The position numbers were made by a program, and so were the translations under genes. A DNA stretch of 64,000 nt from Candidatus Cloacimonadota bacterium (GTDB taxonomy: Bacteria > Cloacimonadota > Cloacimonadia > JGIOTU-2). The stretch covers positions 4,859 through 68,858 of the forward strand of contig JAYEOL010000022.1 in NCBI GenBank assembly GCA_034722995.1, written 5' to 3'. How positions within the stretch are numbered: the stretch's first letter is position 1; every line of letters starts with the position of its first letter. This document shows, piece by piece, positions 8,961-19,439 of the stretch. The notes below the pieces were generated by a model. The model was not told the DNA's origin, ran no database searches, and saw only the letters and a list, made by a program, of their open reading frames with translations.

Positions 8961-9710
8961 ATGATTCAAATAGAGAACCTATGTAAGACTTATATCAATA
9001 AGAAAAAAGGTGTTACAACAAAAAAAGAAGCTGTAATAAATCTCAATTTTGAATGTAAACCCGGAAAAATATTTGGCTTACTCGGACCAAATGGAGCAGG
9101 TAAGACAACAACTCTGCGTTGTATTTCTACACTTATTAAGCCAACTTCTGGCTTAATTAAAGTTAATGGATATGATATTCTTAAGGACGAAAAAAAGGTT
9201 CGTGCAATTATCGGATTTCTTACAAGTGATATGAAGTTAGATGGTTATTTCACACCAAATTATATGCTGGATTATTTTGGAAAACTAAACAAAATGAGTT
9301 CAGAAAATATCAAACAGAGAAAAGAGGGATTATTTTCAGAATTAGAAATGGAAGATTTCATTGATATTAAGATTGATAAACTGTCTTCAGGAATGAAACA
9401 GAAAACCTCACTTGCAATCAGTCTTATTCATAACCCTGACATAATTGTGTTTGATGAGCCAACGAGTGGACTGGATGTTATTACTGCAAAAAATGTTACG
9501 GATTTTTTACGCAAATCTGCTAATGAAGATAAGACAGTTATTATCTCTACACATATTATGAGTGTGGCAGAAAAACTTTGTGACGAGATAGGCATCTTAA
9601 TTGAAGGTGAATTAAAAGAACTTGGAACCCTTTCTGAAATCCTTTCAAAAAATAAAGCAGATAATTTAGAAGATGTATTTTTTAAGCATCTAGGAGTTGA
9701 AAATGTTTAG
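8961..9710 (+). CDS. ABC transporter ATP-binding protein
   Basis: Walker A GPNGAGKTTT, signature LSSGMKQK, Walker B IIVFDEPTSGLD. Confidence 0.9.
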   Translation: MIQIENLCKTYINKKKGVTTKKEAVINLNFECKPGKIFGLLGPNGAGKTTTLRCISTLIKPTSGLIKVNGYDILKDEKKVRAIIGFLTSDMKLDGYFTPNYMLDYFGKLNKMSSENIKQRKEGLFSELEMEDFIDIKIDKLSSGMKQKTSLAISLIHNPDIIVFDEPTSGLDVITAKNVTDFLRKSANEDKTVIISTHIMSVAEKLCDEIGILIEGELKELGTLSEILSKNKADNLEDVFFKHLGVENV

Positions 9711-10941
9711 AGATTCTTTAATAATAATGAACAAAGAATTAAAGAGACTTTTTACAGATAGAAAAATGATATTTCTTCTCGTATTAGTCCCTTTACTTAT
9801 ATTACCTGTAATGTATTCTGTTATGGGTTATATGGAAAAAGTAAGACACAAAGATATAAGTGAATACGAAGCAGACATTTTTGTTTATCCGGGTGAACAA
9901 AATGAAACATCTGTATTTGATAGATTCCATAATGAACTTAAAGAATTCAATGCTAAGTTGAATATAATTCCTGAACAGCAAATTGATATATCAAAAGATT
10001 TAATAACAGAAAAAGAGTCGGAATTACTGATAGTATTTCCAGATAACATACAGAAAAGATTTGGAGATATGGCTCCATTTGATATTCAATTATATTATAA
10101 TGCAAGTTCTGATTATTCCTCTCATATATATTATAAAACAAGGAATTCGTTTGATGCAATTGGTGATACTCTTATTGTTGAGAGATTGGAAAGAATGAAA
10201 CTACCTACTGAGATTCTCAGTCCTTTTACAATAAATAAAACTATTACTCCAGAGGAAGCTAATCTTGCAAAGAAAGGAAGTATTGCTGGCAAATTATTAG
10301 GGATATTGCTCCCATTCTTTATTTTAATATACCTATTCTCAAATTCTTTAACTGTTGGCACAGATACAGTTGCTGGTGAGAAAGAGCGAGGAACTCTTGC
10401 TATTCTACTGGTGAATCAGGTTGATAGACTTTCTATAATAGTTGGGAAGATGCTTTCTGTGATATGTGCCGCGTTTGTCGGTGCTGTAAGTTCAGTAGCT
10501 GGACTTATTATCGGCTCTCGTTTTTTTATTTCAATGTTTGGTGGTTCAATGAAGGAAATGAAAGGTTTTGTATTACTCGCAAAAGATTATCTCCAATTTG
10601 CGATAATATTAATCCCTGTAGCGATGTTGGTAGTAGCTATTGTTATGATCTTATCAACTTATGCCAGAAATATTAAAGAAGCTCAAGGTATGATTATGCC
10701 CGTATATTTTGTTGTGATGATTATTGGAGTTTCAACTATGAGAATGAGTGAGACCCCATCTACATGGATGATTTATACTCCAATTTTTAATTCTCTTATC
10801 TCACTTAAATCAATTTTTATGCAAAATGCAATCTGGGGGAATGTATTGATTTCTGCTTTTAGCTGCCTTATCTTAGCAGGAATTTTGATTTACTATATGC
10901 TGAAAATGTTTAAGGATGAGAGGATATTGTTCAGGATTTGA
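9697..10941 (+). CDS. ABC-2 family transporter permease
   Basis: Overlaps the ATPase gene by 14 nt. Multi-span hydrophobic protein of 414 aa. Confidence 0.75.
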   Translation: MKMFRDSLIIMNKELKRLFTDRKMIFLLVLVPLLILPVMYSVMGYMEKVRHKDISEYEADIFVYPGEQNETSVFDRFHNELKEFNAKLNIIPEQQIDISKDLITEKESELLIVFPDNIQKRFGDMAPFDIQLYYNASSDYSSHIYYKTRNSFDAIGDTLIVERLERMKLPTEILSPFTINKTITPEEANLAKKGSIAGKLLGILLPFFILIYLFSNSLTVGTDTVAGEKERGTLAILLVNQVDRLSIIVGKMLSVICAAFVGAVSSVAGLIIGSRFFISMFGGSMKEMKGFVLLAKDYLQFAIILIPVAMLVVAIVMILSTYARNIKEAQGMIMPVYFVVMIIGVSTMRMSETPSTWMIYTPIFNSLISLKSIFMQNAIWGNVLISAFSCLILAGILIYYMLKMFKDERILFRI

Positions 10942-11151
10942 GGATAAAATAAATAATAGGATGGATTTTTTATGAAATCAAAAGAAACAAAAGACACCTT
11001 AAGCAAATGTAGCTTCAATTCTGCGAAAAGGTATTCGCCAGCTGGCGAATCAAATGTTAATTAGAATTCATCAACAAAAGACCTTTTCGAGTTGTAAGGA
11101 GCTTGCGACGACGACTCTATGTGTTACTTTTAATGGTCCATTGTATGACAG

Positions 11152-11385
11152 TTGAAAAAATTCGTTTCACAAGAAGGAGACAAAATGGAACTAATAAAAA
11201 ATATGAATGAAAGGGTCAAAAAGCTTACTATTTTTGATATAAAACTTGTTCAAGGTGCTGCAATGTGTATTATGCTTATTATAGTTAAACTAATACCTAA
11301 AATCACTACTATTAGTATCTGGTGGTTTGTAGCATTAGCAATTCTATGTGGAATAAGACCTATGTATGTATTTTATAAAAAATAG
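11152..11385 (+). CDS. Small hypothetical membrane protein
   Basis: 77-aa ORF with a hydrophobic C-terminal half. No recognisable family. Confidence 0.35.
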   Translation: MKKFVSQEGDKMELIKNMNERVKKLTIFDIKLVQGAAMCIMLIIVKLIPKITTISIWWFVALAILCGIRPMYVFYKK

Positions 11386-11492
11386 TAAACTTTTTTCAAA
11401 CCATTATTAATATTCTGATATGACATTAATGTCATCTTTTGAATGATATTTTCGAAACATTAGGATTACTCACAAATAATTAAGAAGGTAAA

Positions 11493-12332
11493 ATGAATAA
11501 AAGTATCAAAAATGTATTCTTGTTTGTATTTATTATTTCTTGTTTGTTATTAATATCAGGTGGCAATAATCAAAATACTAAAAAGATAGAAAATGTAAAG
11601 AATCAGGAAACAATAAAACCTGCTTTTGAAAATGAAGCATCATTGATGGCAGTGTTATGGTGTCAAGCCTCTGCGGAGTATCGAGCTCTGACTTATCAAG
11701 CTTATAATATCGCCAGATTAAGACTTGATGAAGAATTACAAATTAGTAGAAACCAGAAAAGAGCAGTGATAGTTGACATTGATGAAACAGTGCTAGACAA
11801 TTCCAGATATAATGCTAAAGAAATTACTGATAAACAGGTCTATCCAGATGATTTTTATCACTGGATTGATTTGGCAAAAGCAGAAGCTATTCCTGGTGCT
11901 AAAGAATTTTTAGACTATGCAGTTTCTAAAGGTTGTGATGTATTCTATATATCAAATCGAAGAGTAAGATGTTTGGATGGCACCATAAGAAATCTTAAAA
12001 AATTAGGTTTTCCACAAGTTGAAGAAGGTCATGTTTTGTTGAAAGAAGATATTTCAAGTAAGGAAGGAAGAAGACAGGAAGTTGCAAAAACACATTATAT
12101 TGCTTTATTAATAGGTGATAATCTAATTGATTTTTCTGAAGTTTTTGATATAAAATCTGTAGAGGGACGTCTTGCTTCTGTAGAAAATTATAAAGAGAAT
12201 TTTGGTAAAAAATTTATAGTTTTACCTAACCCAATGCACGGAGCTTGGTTCAAAGCTTTATATGATTACGACAGGAATTTATCCAAAGAAGAAAGAACTC
12301 AAAGAATTATCCGTTATTTAAAAAGCTATTAA
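11493..12332 (+). CDS. HAD-superfamily class B/C acid phosphatase (lipoprotein e(P4)/5'-nucleotidase family)
   Basis: Signal peptide followed by the DIDETVLDN (DDDD) motif; 279 aa. Confidence 0.8.
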   Translation: MNKSIKNVFLFVFIISCLLLISGGNNQNTKKIENVKNQETIKPAFENEASLMAVLWCQASAEYRALTYQAYNIARLRLDEELQISRNQKRAVIVDIDETVLDNSRYNAKEITDKQVYPDDFYHWIDLAKAEAIPGAKEFLDYAVSKGCDVFYISNRRVRCLDGTIRNLKKLGFPQVEEGHVLLKEDISSKEGRRQEVAKTHYIALLIGDNLIDFSEVFDIKSVEGRLASVENYKENFGKKFIVLPNPMHGAWFKALYDYDRNLSKEERTQRIIRYLKSY

Positions 12333-12679
12333 TATTTTCTTGGACCATTTAAGTATCGGAACGAAAAAATTAAAGAATTGAAAAGTATTTGATTGTTAGC
12401 GTTAGCTCAAATTAGTTTTCTTAAACAAGCATAGTTTCAAAGAGATTTGCAAAATTATTTCTGTGAAAAGTAACAAATTTACTTCTGGAGTAATTCATTC
12501 CAGAAAATATTTCTGAGCAGCAACCTACACACGAATTTTTAAGAACTCTTATTTTTGGTTCACATATATGCAACTTGACAAAATATGTCTTTTACAAAAA
12601 ATTTGAATATTAATTCTTAAATATTTCTTGATCACTTGGCTGAAGGGAAATTATATGAGAAAATATAGGAAGAAGTAAT

Positions 12680-14473
12680 ATGAAACAATTACTAATTTAT
12701 CTATTGACAATGTGCTTTTCTGCACAACTATTCAGTTTGGATTATATTGAGAGTTCCAGTGGCTTGAATATTCCACAATTAGACGGTGGAAGGACCGAAT
12801 TAGAATTTGCAGATATTGATGCAGATGGTAATATTGACATCTTGTCCATTGGTGACCATGGTTCACCTTATATTAATACCAGTGAGCATGGCATTATGGT
12901 TTGGTTTGGAGATGGAAATGGCAGTTGGGGTGTGTATCAGAATGGAAATTTTGGTTATGGAGGTATTGCAGTCGGAGATGTCAATAATGATGGTTTGCTG
13001 GATGTTGGATATGCAATGCATCACAATTATTCAAGTAGTGATTTTGGAAACCAGCTTATTGAAGTTGCATTGGGCGATGGAACGGGAATGAATTGGACCC
13101 CCTGGGATGATGGATTGGCAACAAATGGTGAAACTTGGGGAATGTTTGGCACTGATTTCGCAGATGTTGATAATGATGGTGATTTAGATATTGGAAGTAA
13201 TTCTTTTGGTTCTGGTGCAGGTGTGCATATTTATCTAAATCAAGGTGATGGCAGTTGGATACAGTCTTTTGGATTTCTCGGAGGAAACTCTGATATGGAC
13301 TTCATTTTTGGCGATATCAACAACGATGGCAATATAGATTTTGCTGCCAAACATCAATATGGAACTGTTTATTTTGGTGACGGAACTGGAAACTTTGTCA
13401 ATGCAGATGGAAATCTACCATCTTATAGCAAATATGGAACAGCTCTTGGCGATGTAGATAATGATGGTGGAAAGGATATTTCATTTGTTACAGGTTATTC
13501 AAATGCAGGTGTAAAGGTCTGGGTATGGGATGAAGGCCAGGAAGTATGGACGGATTTTTCAGGGAATCTTCCTACAACCGGTGGTTATGAAGCAACTCAA
13601 TTATATGATATGAATGTTGATGGATACATAGATTTATGTACTTTTGGGAATGGCACATTTACTTTATGGCTTGGTGATGGGGCAGGAAACTGGGACCAAG
13701 ATGCTCAATTTAACACACCACTTTATGGCTATTGTGAAGCATTCCGAGTAGGTGGAGATATAGACCATAATGGTTTTCCCGATATAGTATTAGTCTCTGA
13801 TGAGGGTTCATGGCCTAGTTCATATAATCATTTGCATTGTTTTAAAGAAACTGCCGTAGCAGAAAGTCTGACAATTACACCGATGTCTCCAAGAGGGAAT
13901 GAGTATTTCATCAGATTTTCTACACAATTTATTGATTGGGTTTCCGCTGTACCTGATGATGACTCATCGCTTGTTAAACTTGAGTATTCAAGATTTGGGA
14001 ATAATGGTCCTTGGGCAATGATTGCAGATAGTTTGCCTAATAATGGTCGTTATCAATGGACAATTGCACGAATCAGCTCATCAGATTGTTATATCCGCTA
14101 TACTGTTTGGACAGTAACAGATACTGTAACATCAATTACCCCGTCTGCTTTTTCGGTTTCTAGTACTCCACCAGCAACGGATGATATATCTATAAATCAA
14201 AAAGCCTTCATACAAAATTATCCTAATCCATTTGACAAACAAACTACGATTAAATTTTCTATTCCAAAAGATTGCTATGTAGAATTAAATATTTATGATA
14301 TTAAAGGCAAATGGCTTAAAACATTAGTAAATAGAAGAATGAAAGCAGGGTCTCATAATATTGTTTGGAATGGGAGGAATCATAATAATACCATTCTTCC
14401 CAATGGTATCTATCTTTATCAGATTAAGATAGATGATTATTATTTAAATAAAAAGATGTTGTTATTAAGATGA
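12680..14473 (+). CDS. FG-GAP repeat (integrin-alpha-like beta-propeller) protein with a T9SS C-terminal domain
   Basis: Repeated D.D.DG..D motifs (DIDADGNIDI, GDVNNDGLLDV, ADVDNDGDLDI, GDINNDGNIDF, GDVDNDGGKDI). C-terminal IQNYPNPF...IYDIKGK...GIYLYQI. Confidence 0.8.
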   Translation: MKQLLIYLLTMCFSAQLFSLDYIESSSGLNIPQLDGGRTELEFADIDADGNIDILSIGDHGSPYINTSEHGIMVWFGDGNGSWGVYQNGNFGYGGIAVGDVNNDGLLDVGYAMHHNYSSSDFGNQLIEVALGDGTGMNWTPWDDGLATNGETWGMFGTDFADVDNDGDLDIGSNSFGSGAGVHIYLNQGDGSWIQSFGFLGGNSDMDFIFGDINNDGNIDFAAKHQYGTVYFGDGTGNFVNADGNLPSYSKYGTALGDVDNDGGKDISFVTGYSNAGVKVWVWDEGQEVWTDFSGNLPTTGGYEATQLYDMNVDGYIDLCTFGNGTFTLWLGDGAGNWDQDAQFNTPLYGYCEAFRVGGDIDHNGFPDIVLVSDEGSWPSSYNHLHCFKETAVAESLTITPMSPRGNEYFIRFSTQFIDWVSAVPDDDSSLVKLEYSRFGNNGPWAMIADSLPNNGRYQWTIARISSSDCYIRYTVWTVTDTVTSITPSAFSVSSTPPATDDISINQKAFIQNYPNPFDKQTTIKFSIPKDCYVELNIYDIKGKWLKTLVNRRMKAGSHNIVWNGRNHNNTILPNGIYLYQIKIDDYYLNKKMLLLR

Positions 14474-14535
14474 ATTGCAGTAAAAATTTAATGATTTTAT
14501 CAAAGAGTAAATTTTGAAGGGATATTAGAATAAAA

Positions 14536-15840
14536 ATGATTGAAATAATTATTTCACTACTTATTGGATTAATTGTTGGGATTATAGCAACAATACTAAT
14601 TTTGCGCGGAAAATCCTCTGTACAAAGGCAACTAACTAATGACTTGAAGAAAGAGCTTTCTACAAAACAGGAAGATATTGATACTTTGAGAAGTGCAAAA
14701 ATAGTAGCGGAGACCAAGCTTGAAGAAGCAAGAAAAAATGTAGAAGAGCAAAAGGAATTACTAAAAAAAGCAACCGAACAGCTATCTAATACATTTGAAG
14801 CCTTATCAGCCAAAGCTTTGAAAGACAGCAATGAAGAATTTTTGAAATTAGCCAAACAAAATCTGGAAACAATTTTAGAGAAAACAAAAAGTGAATTTGG
14901 AAAAGAAGCGATTTCAAATACATTACAACCTTTAAAAGAAGCCTTGAAAAGATATGATAATGAGATTAAGGAAATGGAAAAGGATAGGCAAGATGCTTAT
15001 GGGGGATTGAGAGAACAGCTAAGTAATCTTACTATAACTCATGAAAGGTTGAAGAACGAAACATCAGCTCTTGTAGATGCATTGAAAAGGCCACATGTCC
15101 GCGGTAGATGGGGAGAAATTACTTTAAAACGAGTGGTTGAATTGGTTGGTATGTCCGCACATTGTGATTTTACTGAGCAAACAAGTATAGACACAGATGA
15201 AGGGCGATTGCGTCCAGATATGATTGTAAACCTTCCGGGGAAACGTTCAATTGTTATTGATGCAAAAGCTCCTTTAAAATTCTTTCTGGATGCAAATGAA
15301 GCGAAAACGGATAAAGAACGTGAAACAGCAATGTTATCACATGCAAAAGCAGTGCGTGACCATATGAATGCATTATCTAAAAAGGATTATTGGAAACAGT
15401 TTGAACAAAGTCCTGATTTTGTTATATTGTTTCTTCCTGGAGATTCATTCTTTAGCGCCGCACTTGAGTTGGATAAAAATTTGATTGAAGATGGAATAAA
15501 TAATAAAATTATTATTGCAACGCCAGCTACTTTGATAGCACTTTTAAGAACGGTGGCGTTCTCATGGCAGCAGCAAAAAGTTGCTGAAAACGCAAAAGTA
15601 ATTGCAGAAGTTGGTGCAGAATTATATGAACGGATATGCACATTTCAGGAGCACCTTGGAAAAATTGGCGGTAGTTTAGATTCAGCGGTTGATACTTATA
15701 ATAAAGCAGTTGGCTCGTTCTCAAGAAGAGTAATTCCTGGTGCAAAGAAATTGCAGGAACTCGGAGTGAAACAGACCAAGAAAGAGGCTCTGGAAATTGA
15801 ACCTATAGAAAGAACAATAAGAAAGTTGCCCAAAGAATAA
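14536..15840 (+). CDS. rmuC: DNA recombination protein RmuC
   Basis: N-terminal TM, coiled coil, conserved RGRWGEITLKRVVELVGM...DAKAPL block. Confidence 0.85.
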   Translation: MIEIIISLLIGLIVGIIATILILRGKSSVQRQLTNDLKKELSTKQEDIDTLRSAKIVAETKLEEARKNVEEQKELLKKATEQLSNTFEALSAKALKDSNEEFLKLAKQNLETILEKTKSEFGKEAISNTLQPLKEALKRYDNEIKEMEKDRQDAYGGLREQLSNLTITHERLKNETSALVDALKRPHVRGRWGEITLKRVVELVGMSAHCDFTEQTSIDTDEGRLRPDMIVNLPGKRSIVIDAKAPLKFFLDANEAKTDKERETAMLSHAKAVRDHMNALSKKDYWKQFEQSPDFVILFLPGDSFFSAALELDKNLIEDGINNKIIIATPATLIALLRTVAFSWQQQKVAENAKVIAEVGAELYERICTFQEHLGKIGGSLDSAVDTYNKAVGSFSRRVIPGAKKLQELGVKQTKKEALEIEPIERTIRKLPKE

Positions 15841-16458
15841 AAAATACATAAATTGAAGATCAAAGAAAAAAAGATTAAAGGTAAAAGAGAAAAGAATGTA
15901 ATTGCCGATGAGCCCAAATCTAATTGGGGAGGCAATCCACAATAAAATTTAAATGAAAAAACAAAAGAGAAGTAATATGCAAGAGAGCAAATCTCCTAAC
16001 AATGACCCATATTTAATGCGAATAAATAAGGATGAAAAGTTGTATAAATTCTTTTTCTTTCGTCCAATTGCAGGACAGGACAGACATTTTGCAGATCTCA
16101 TTTAAGGGACTTTTAATTTTATTCATTCCAATGAGCTAAACTTCTGTTTTTATAATTTTCACTTCTCATCCTTAAATAAGGATTCTATTTAATATCCTTT
16201 TTTCCAAAAAATGTCAAAAGTTTTATTATTCTTCTTAAAAGTGAAATCCGTTTGAAATTAAAAAGTATGAGACAAACTTTTAAAGGAAACAGAATATAGT
16301 CTTGCTATTTAGTTTCCGGTGAAAAATTCAGCTATAATGTCAAATTACTAATTTCCAATGCCAAATAAAATGTCCAATATCAAATGACTAAAACCAATAC
16401 CAGTGAGACGATTTGCCTATTTTGTCATTTAGAAATTCCAAGTTATTGTCAATTCGTA

Positions 16459-17130
16459 TCAAGACAACTCCAGCACTTTATTCACCAACTTCTCAATTCC
16501 TTTACTGATATAAGCAATGCTTGGTCCAAGCATATATGCAGGTGTAGTAACAATATTATTATTTTCGTCAACGATAATATCATTTACCGGACAATTGATA
16601 TGTTGGGCTCCGAGTGTTTCAATTATGTTCGCGGTTCCTTCATCATCACCAATAGTAATCTTTGGGTGGAATTTTCCAAGTACTTTGGCAGCAATTACAG
16701 GTGCTATGCAAATAAATCCCACAGGTTTTTTTGCTTCGTGCATTTCTAAGATAAGCTTTTCCACTTCTGGATTAACGGTAAAATTTTCACCCTTCACGGC
16801 GAAGTCGCAGAGATTCTTGGCAGCTCCAAATCCGCCTGGGAAAATCAAGCCGTCCATATCACCACTATTAACTTTCTTAATATCTCTAATATTCCCTCTT
16901 GCAATTCTGGCAGATTCAATAAGTATATTTCTGGACTCAGCTGAAATCACTTCTTCAGTCAGATGATTGACCACATCCATTTGGTTGCAGTCAGGAGCCA
17001 TAATTATTGCATCTGACTTTGCTCTATCCAGATAAAGCAAAGTTAATGTAGCCTCGTGGATTTCGCTTCCATCCTTAACTCCGCATCCAGCAAGGACTAC
17101 GCCGACTTTTTTGTTAGTATATAATGCCAT
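16459..17130 (-). CDS. elbB: DJ-1/PfpI-family glyoxalase ElbB
   Basis: GVVLAGCGVKDGSEIHEATLTLL; nucleophile elbow C in GFICIAP. Confidence 0.8.
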   Translation of the reverse strand: MALYTNKKVGVVLAGCGVKDGSEIHEATLTLLYLDRAKSDAIIMAPDCNQMDVVNHLTEEVISAESRNILIESARIARGNIRDIKKVNSGDMDGLIFPGGFGAAKNLCDFAVKGENFTVNPEVEKLILEMHEAKKPVGFICIAPVIAAKVLGKFHPKITIGDDEGTANIIETLGAQHINCPVNDIIVDENNNIVTTPAYMLGPSIAYISKGIEKLVNKVLELS

Positions 17131-17143
17131 AGTTTCTCCTAAA

Positions 17144-17890
17144 TTATGTTTTATTTTTATTCAAAGAATTGATAAATTTCATCATACTTTCGTAATGAGT
17201 TCCTTTCCAATAAATTTTATTACAGTTAGGGCAGATTTTAAATTCCTTCTGCCATTCTTTAACTTTTTTTGGAATTCTATCAATAATTTTTTCTTTGCTA
17301 ACTGATTCCAAGTTTGTATTGCAAATCATACATCTGGAAAAAGGAATGATGCTATCATAAAGGTTAAAACGGTTTAGAACTCTTTTCAATCGTATTTCAA
17401 GATTTGATTCGGTAATACAATATCCGTGAGTTACCTCTTTTCTTTTTAGCAACTCTCTGCTTTTAGTCAATATAATTCTTTTCTCTAATTTAGATATTTT
17501 TAAGATTTGGTTTGGGGTATAATTATTTTGATAAAGTGTATCAAATCCGAGCATCCTTAAATACCGAGCCAACTTTCCCAGATGCACATCAGCAATAAAT
17601 TTTATTTGTCGTAAAGGTGTTGGTCGCAATTTTGATATATTTTGTATATCTAATGATTCAAAAACAGGATATACAGAAATCTCATCTCCGTTTTGAACAA
17701 TATAATTAAAATCAACAGCGTTGTTATTAGAAAGAATGAAGTCAACTTGAGTATGAGGAATTCCCAAAGACTCAATCATATCTTTGATTGATGGATTATT
17801 TTTAAATGAGTGAGAAAATCTTATTTTTCTTTTTTCTAATGGCAGAAAATCATTTAATTCTTCATAAAATCTCAAATGTACTGTTTTCAT
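17144..17890 (-). CDS. Mut7-C RNase-domain protein with an N-terminal ubiquitin-like domain and a C-terminal zinc ribbon
   Basis: FIADVHLGKLARYLRMLGFDT (Mut7-C/PIN-like) and C..C...C..C at the C-terminus. Confidence 0.7.
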   Translation of the reverse strand: MKTVHLRFYEELNDFLPLEKRKIRFSHSFKNNPSIKDMIESLGIPHTQVDFILSNNNAVDFNYIVQNGDEISVYPVFESLDIQNISKLRPTPLRQIKFIADVHLGKLARYLRMLGFDTLYQNNYTPNQILKISKLEKRIILTKSRELLKRKEVTHGYCITESNLEIRLKRVLNRFNLYDSIIPFSRCMICNTNLESVSKEKIIDRIPKKVKEWQKEFKICPNCNKIYWKGTHYESMMKFINSLNKNKT

Positions 17891-17934
17891 GTTAGAAAAT
17901 AAAATTTTAGAAAGAATTTAAAATGGTCCTATTT

Positions 17935-18528
17935 TTATCGTTCAGCCATTACTTTCTTCTCTCTTTTTGCAATAATTATTATTGCATTTAATATACCTGT
18001 AAGTAATGCGATATATGTTAAAGCTAAAATAATAGATGCTGGTCTTTTTGTGATAATGGAAATAATAGGTGAAAATCCGATAATGAAAATTGGTGTAGTC
18101 CCTAATTTATGAATAGTGAGTGCAATAATTACAGCAGGTATAAGACTTATTAGCAATTCAAATGGAATGTAGTAAGCAAAAATGCCGATTGCACTTGCAG
18201 CACCTTTACCGCCATAAAAATTGTGAAAGATCGGGAAGCAATGACCAACTATGCCCAATGATGCAGCAATGATAGTATTTATTGGACTTAGCCCAATTAA
18301 GCTCCCAACCAAAACAATAACAAGTGTTTTCAAGGCATCTAATATTCCAACGATAATACCATATTTTTTACCGACATTTAGTGCGACATTATAAGCTCCT
18401 GCATTCTTTATATCAATGTTGCGAATATCCTTACCAGCAACCTTCTTTGTAATGATATAACTAAAAGATATTGAACCGAGAAAATAGGCTGTTATTGCTA
18501 AAATAAATGTTAAAAGTGTTTCATCCAT
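17935..18528 (-). CDS. plsY: Glycerol-3-phosphate acyltransferase PlsY
   Basis: GSISFSYII.K...G.DIR..GS.N.GA.NV motif; polytopic membrane protein of 197 aa. Confidence 0.85.
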   Translation of the reverse strand: MDETLLTFILAITAYFLGSISFSYIITKKVAGKDIRNIDIKNAGAYNVALNVGKKYGIIVGILDALKTLVIVLVGSLIGLSPINTIIAASLGIVGHCFPIFHNFYGGKGAASAIGIFAYYIPFELLISLIPAVIIALTIHKLGTTPIFIIGFSPIISIITKRPASIILALTYIALLTGILNAIIIIAKREKKVMAER

Positions 18529-18539
18529 TAAGTCTCCTA

Positions 18540-19439
18540 TTATCTAAGAACAAATGTAATTACCCATCCTTTGGGTCCTATATAAACAGCTTCTACAAAT
18601 CTTAATTTACCTATAACCATCTTTTCAAAATTTATTTCATTCTTTACTTGCTCTTTTAAATTTTTAAGAGCATCTGATTTATTCTCTTCTGTATCATATA
18701 AAGTAACTAATTTAATCTTTTCTAAATTATATTTTTTCATTTTTGATTTTATGTTGTCAATTATTATTTTATTAACTCCAGAAAAAGTTCTTGCTTTACC
18801 AATAGGCATAATTTTTGGATCTTCTTCTTCTCCAAACAAGCCAACGACTGGAATAATTCTTAATAATGAACCCATAAGAGATTTTGCTTTTCCAATCCTA
18901 CCACCACGATATAGGAAATTTAAATCAGGCAATACAAAATATGTATATGTTGTTTCAATAACCTCTTTTATAAGTTTTTCTACATCATTAATATCATCAA
19001 TATCTTGTAAAATTTCTGTAAGTCTAATAAGAATTGAGCCAACGCCAGAAACGACTTGTTTTGTATCAATATTAATAATAGGAATAACCTTTTCATATTC
19101 TTTTCTAACTGATTCTGCTATCCGAAAAGTAGCAGCAGACATATTACTTCCCATAACAACATGTATGATGATGTTATATTTGTTTTTATTTTCTTCAATG
19201 ATATCTACCAGGTCTTTTTTTATGAGAGCTTGCGAATGAACTGAAATCTTTTCTTTTTTGAAACGATTGATTAGATACTGTGCAGTAAATTCTTCACTTT
19301 CACGATATTCTTTATCATTAATTATTACAGGATATCTAAGAAACTTAATATCATCATATTCAATCTGATTATTTGCCATTCCGAGATTATCTTCGGTTAT
19401 AATTAATATTTTCTTTTTCATTTGATCTCCATCATTCAA
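18540..19439 (-). CDS. DegV family fatty-acid-binding protein
   Basis: LNFLYRGGRIGKAKSLMGSLLRIIPVVG matches the DegV core. The start is probably the ATG at 19418 (MKKKILII). Confidence 0.75.
   Translation of the reverse strand: MNDGDQMKKKILIITEDNLGMANNQIEYDDIKFLRYPVIINDKEYRESEEFTAQYLINRFKKEKISVHSQALIKKDLVDIIEENKNKYNIIIHVVMGSNMSAATFRIAESVRKEYEKVIPIINIDTKQVVSGVGSILIRLTEILQDIDDINDVEKLIKEVIETTYTYFVLPDLNFLYRGGRIGKAKSLMGSLLRIIPVVGLFGEEEDPKIMPIGKARTFSGVNKIIIDNIKSKMKKYNLEKIKLVTLYDTEENKSDALKNLKEQVKNEINFEKMVIGKLRFVEAVYIGPKGWVITFVLR

Noticed and set aside
16384-16966. Plus-strand ORFs of 121 aa and 149 aa
   Set aside because: They are fully antisense to the well-supported elbB gene and are shadow ORFs. 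The same applies to the other antisense track ORFs inside efp, pmm, the T9SS genes, yloV, the NtrC gene, the S9 peptidase, the permease, ahcY and others.
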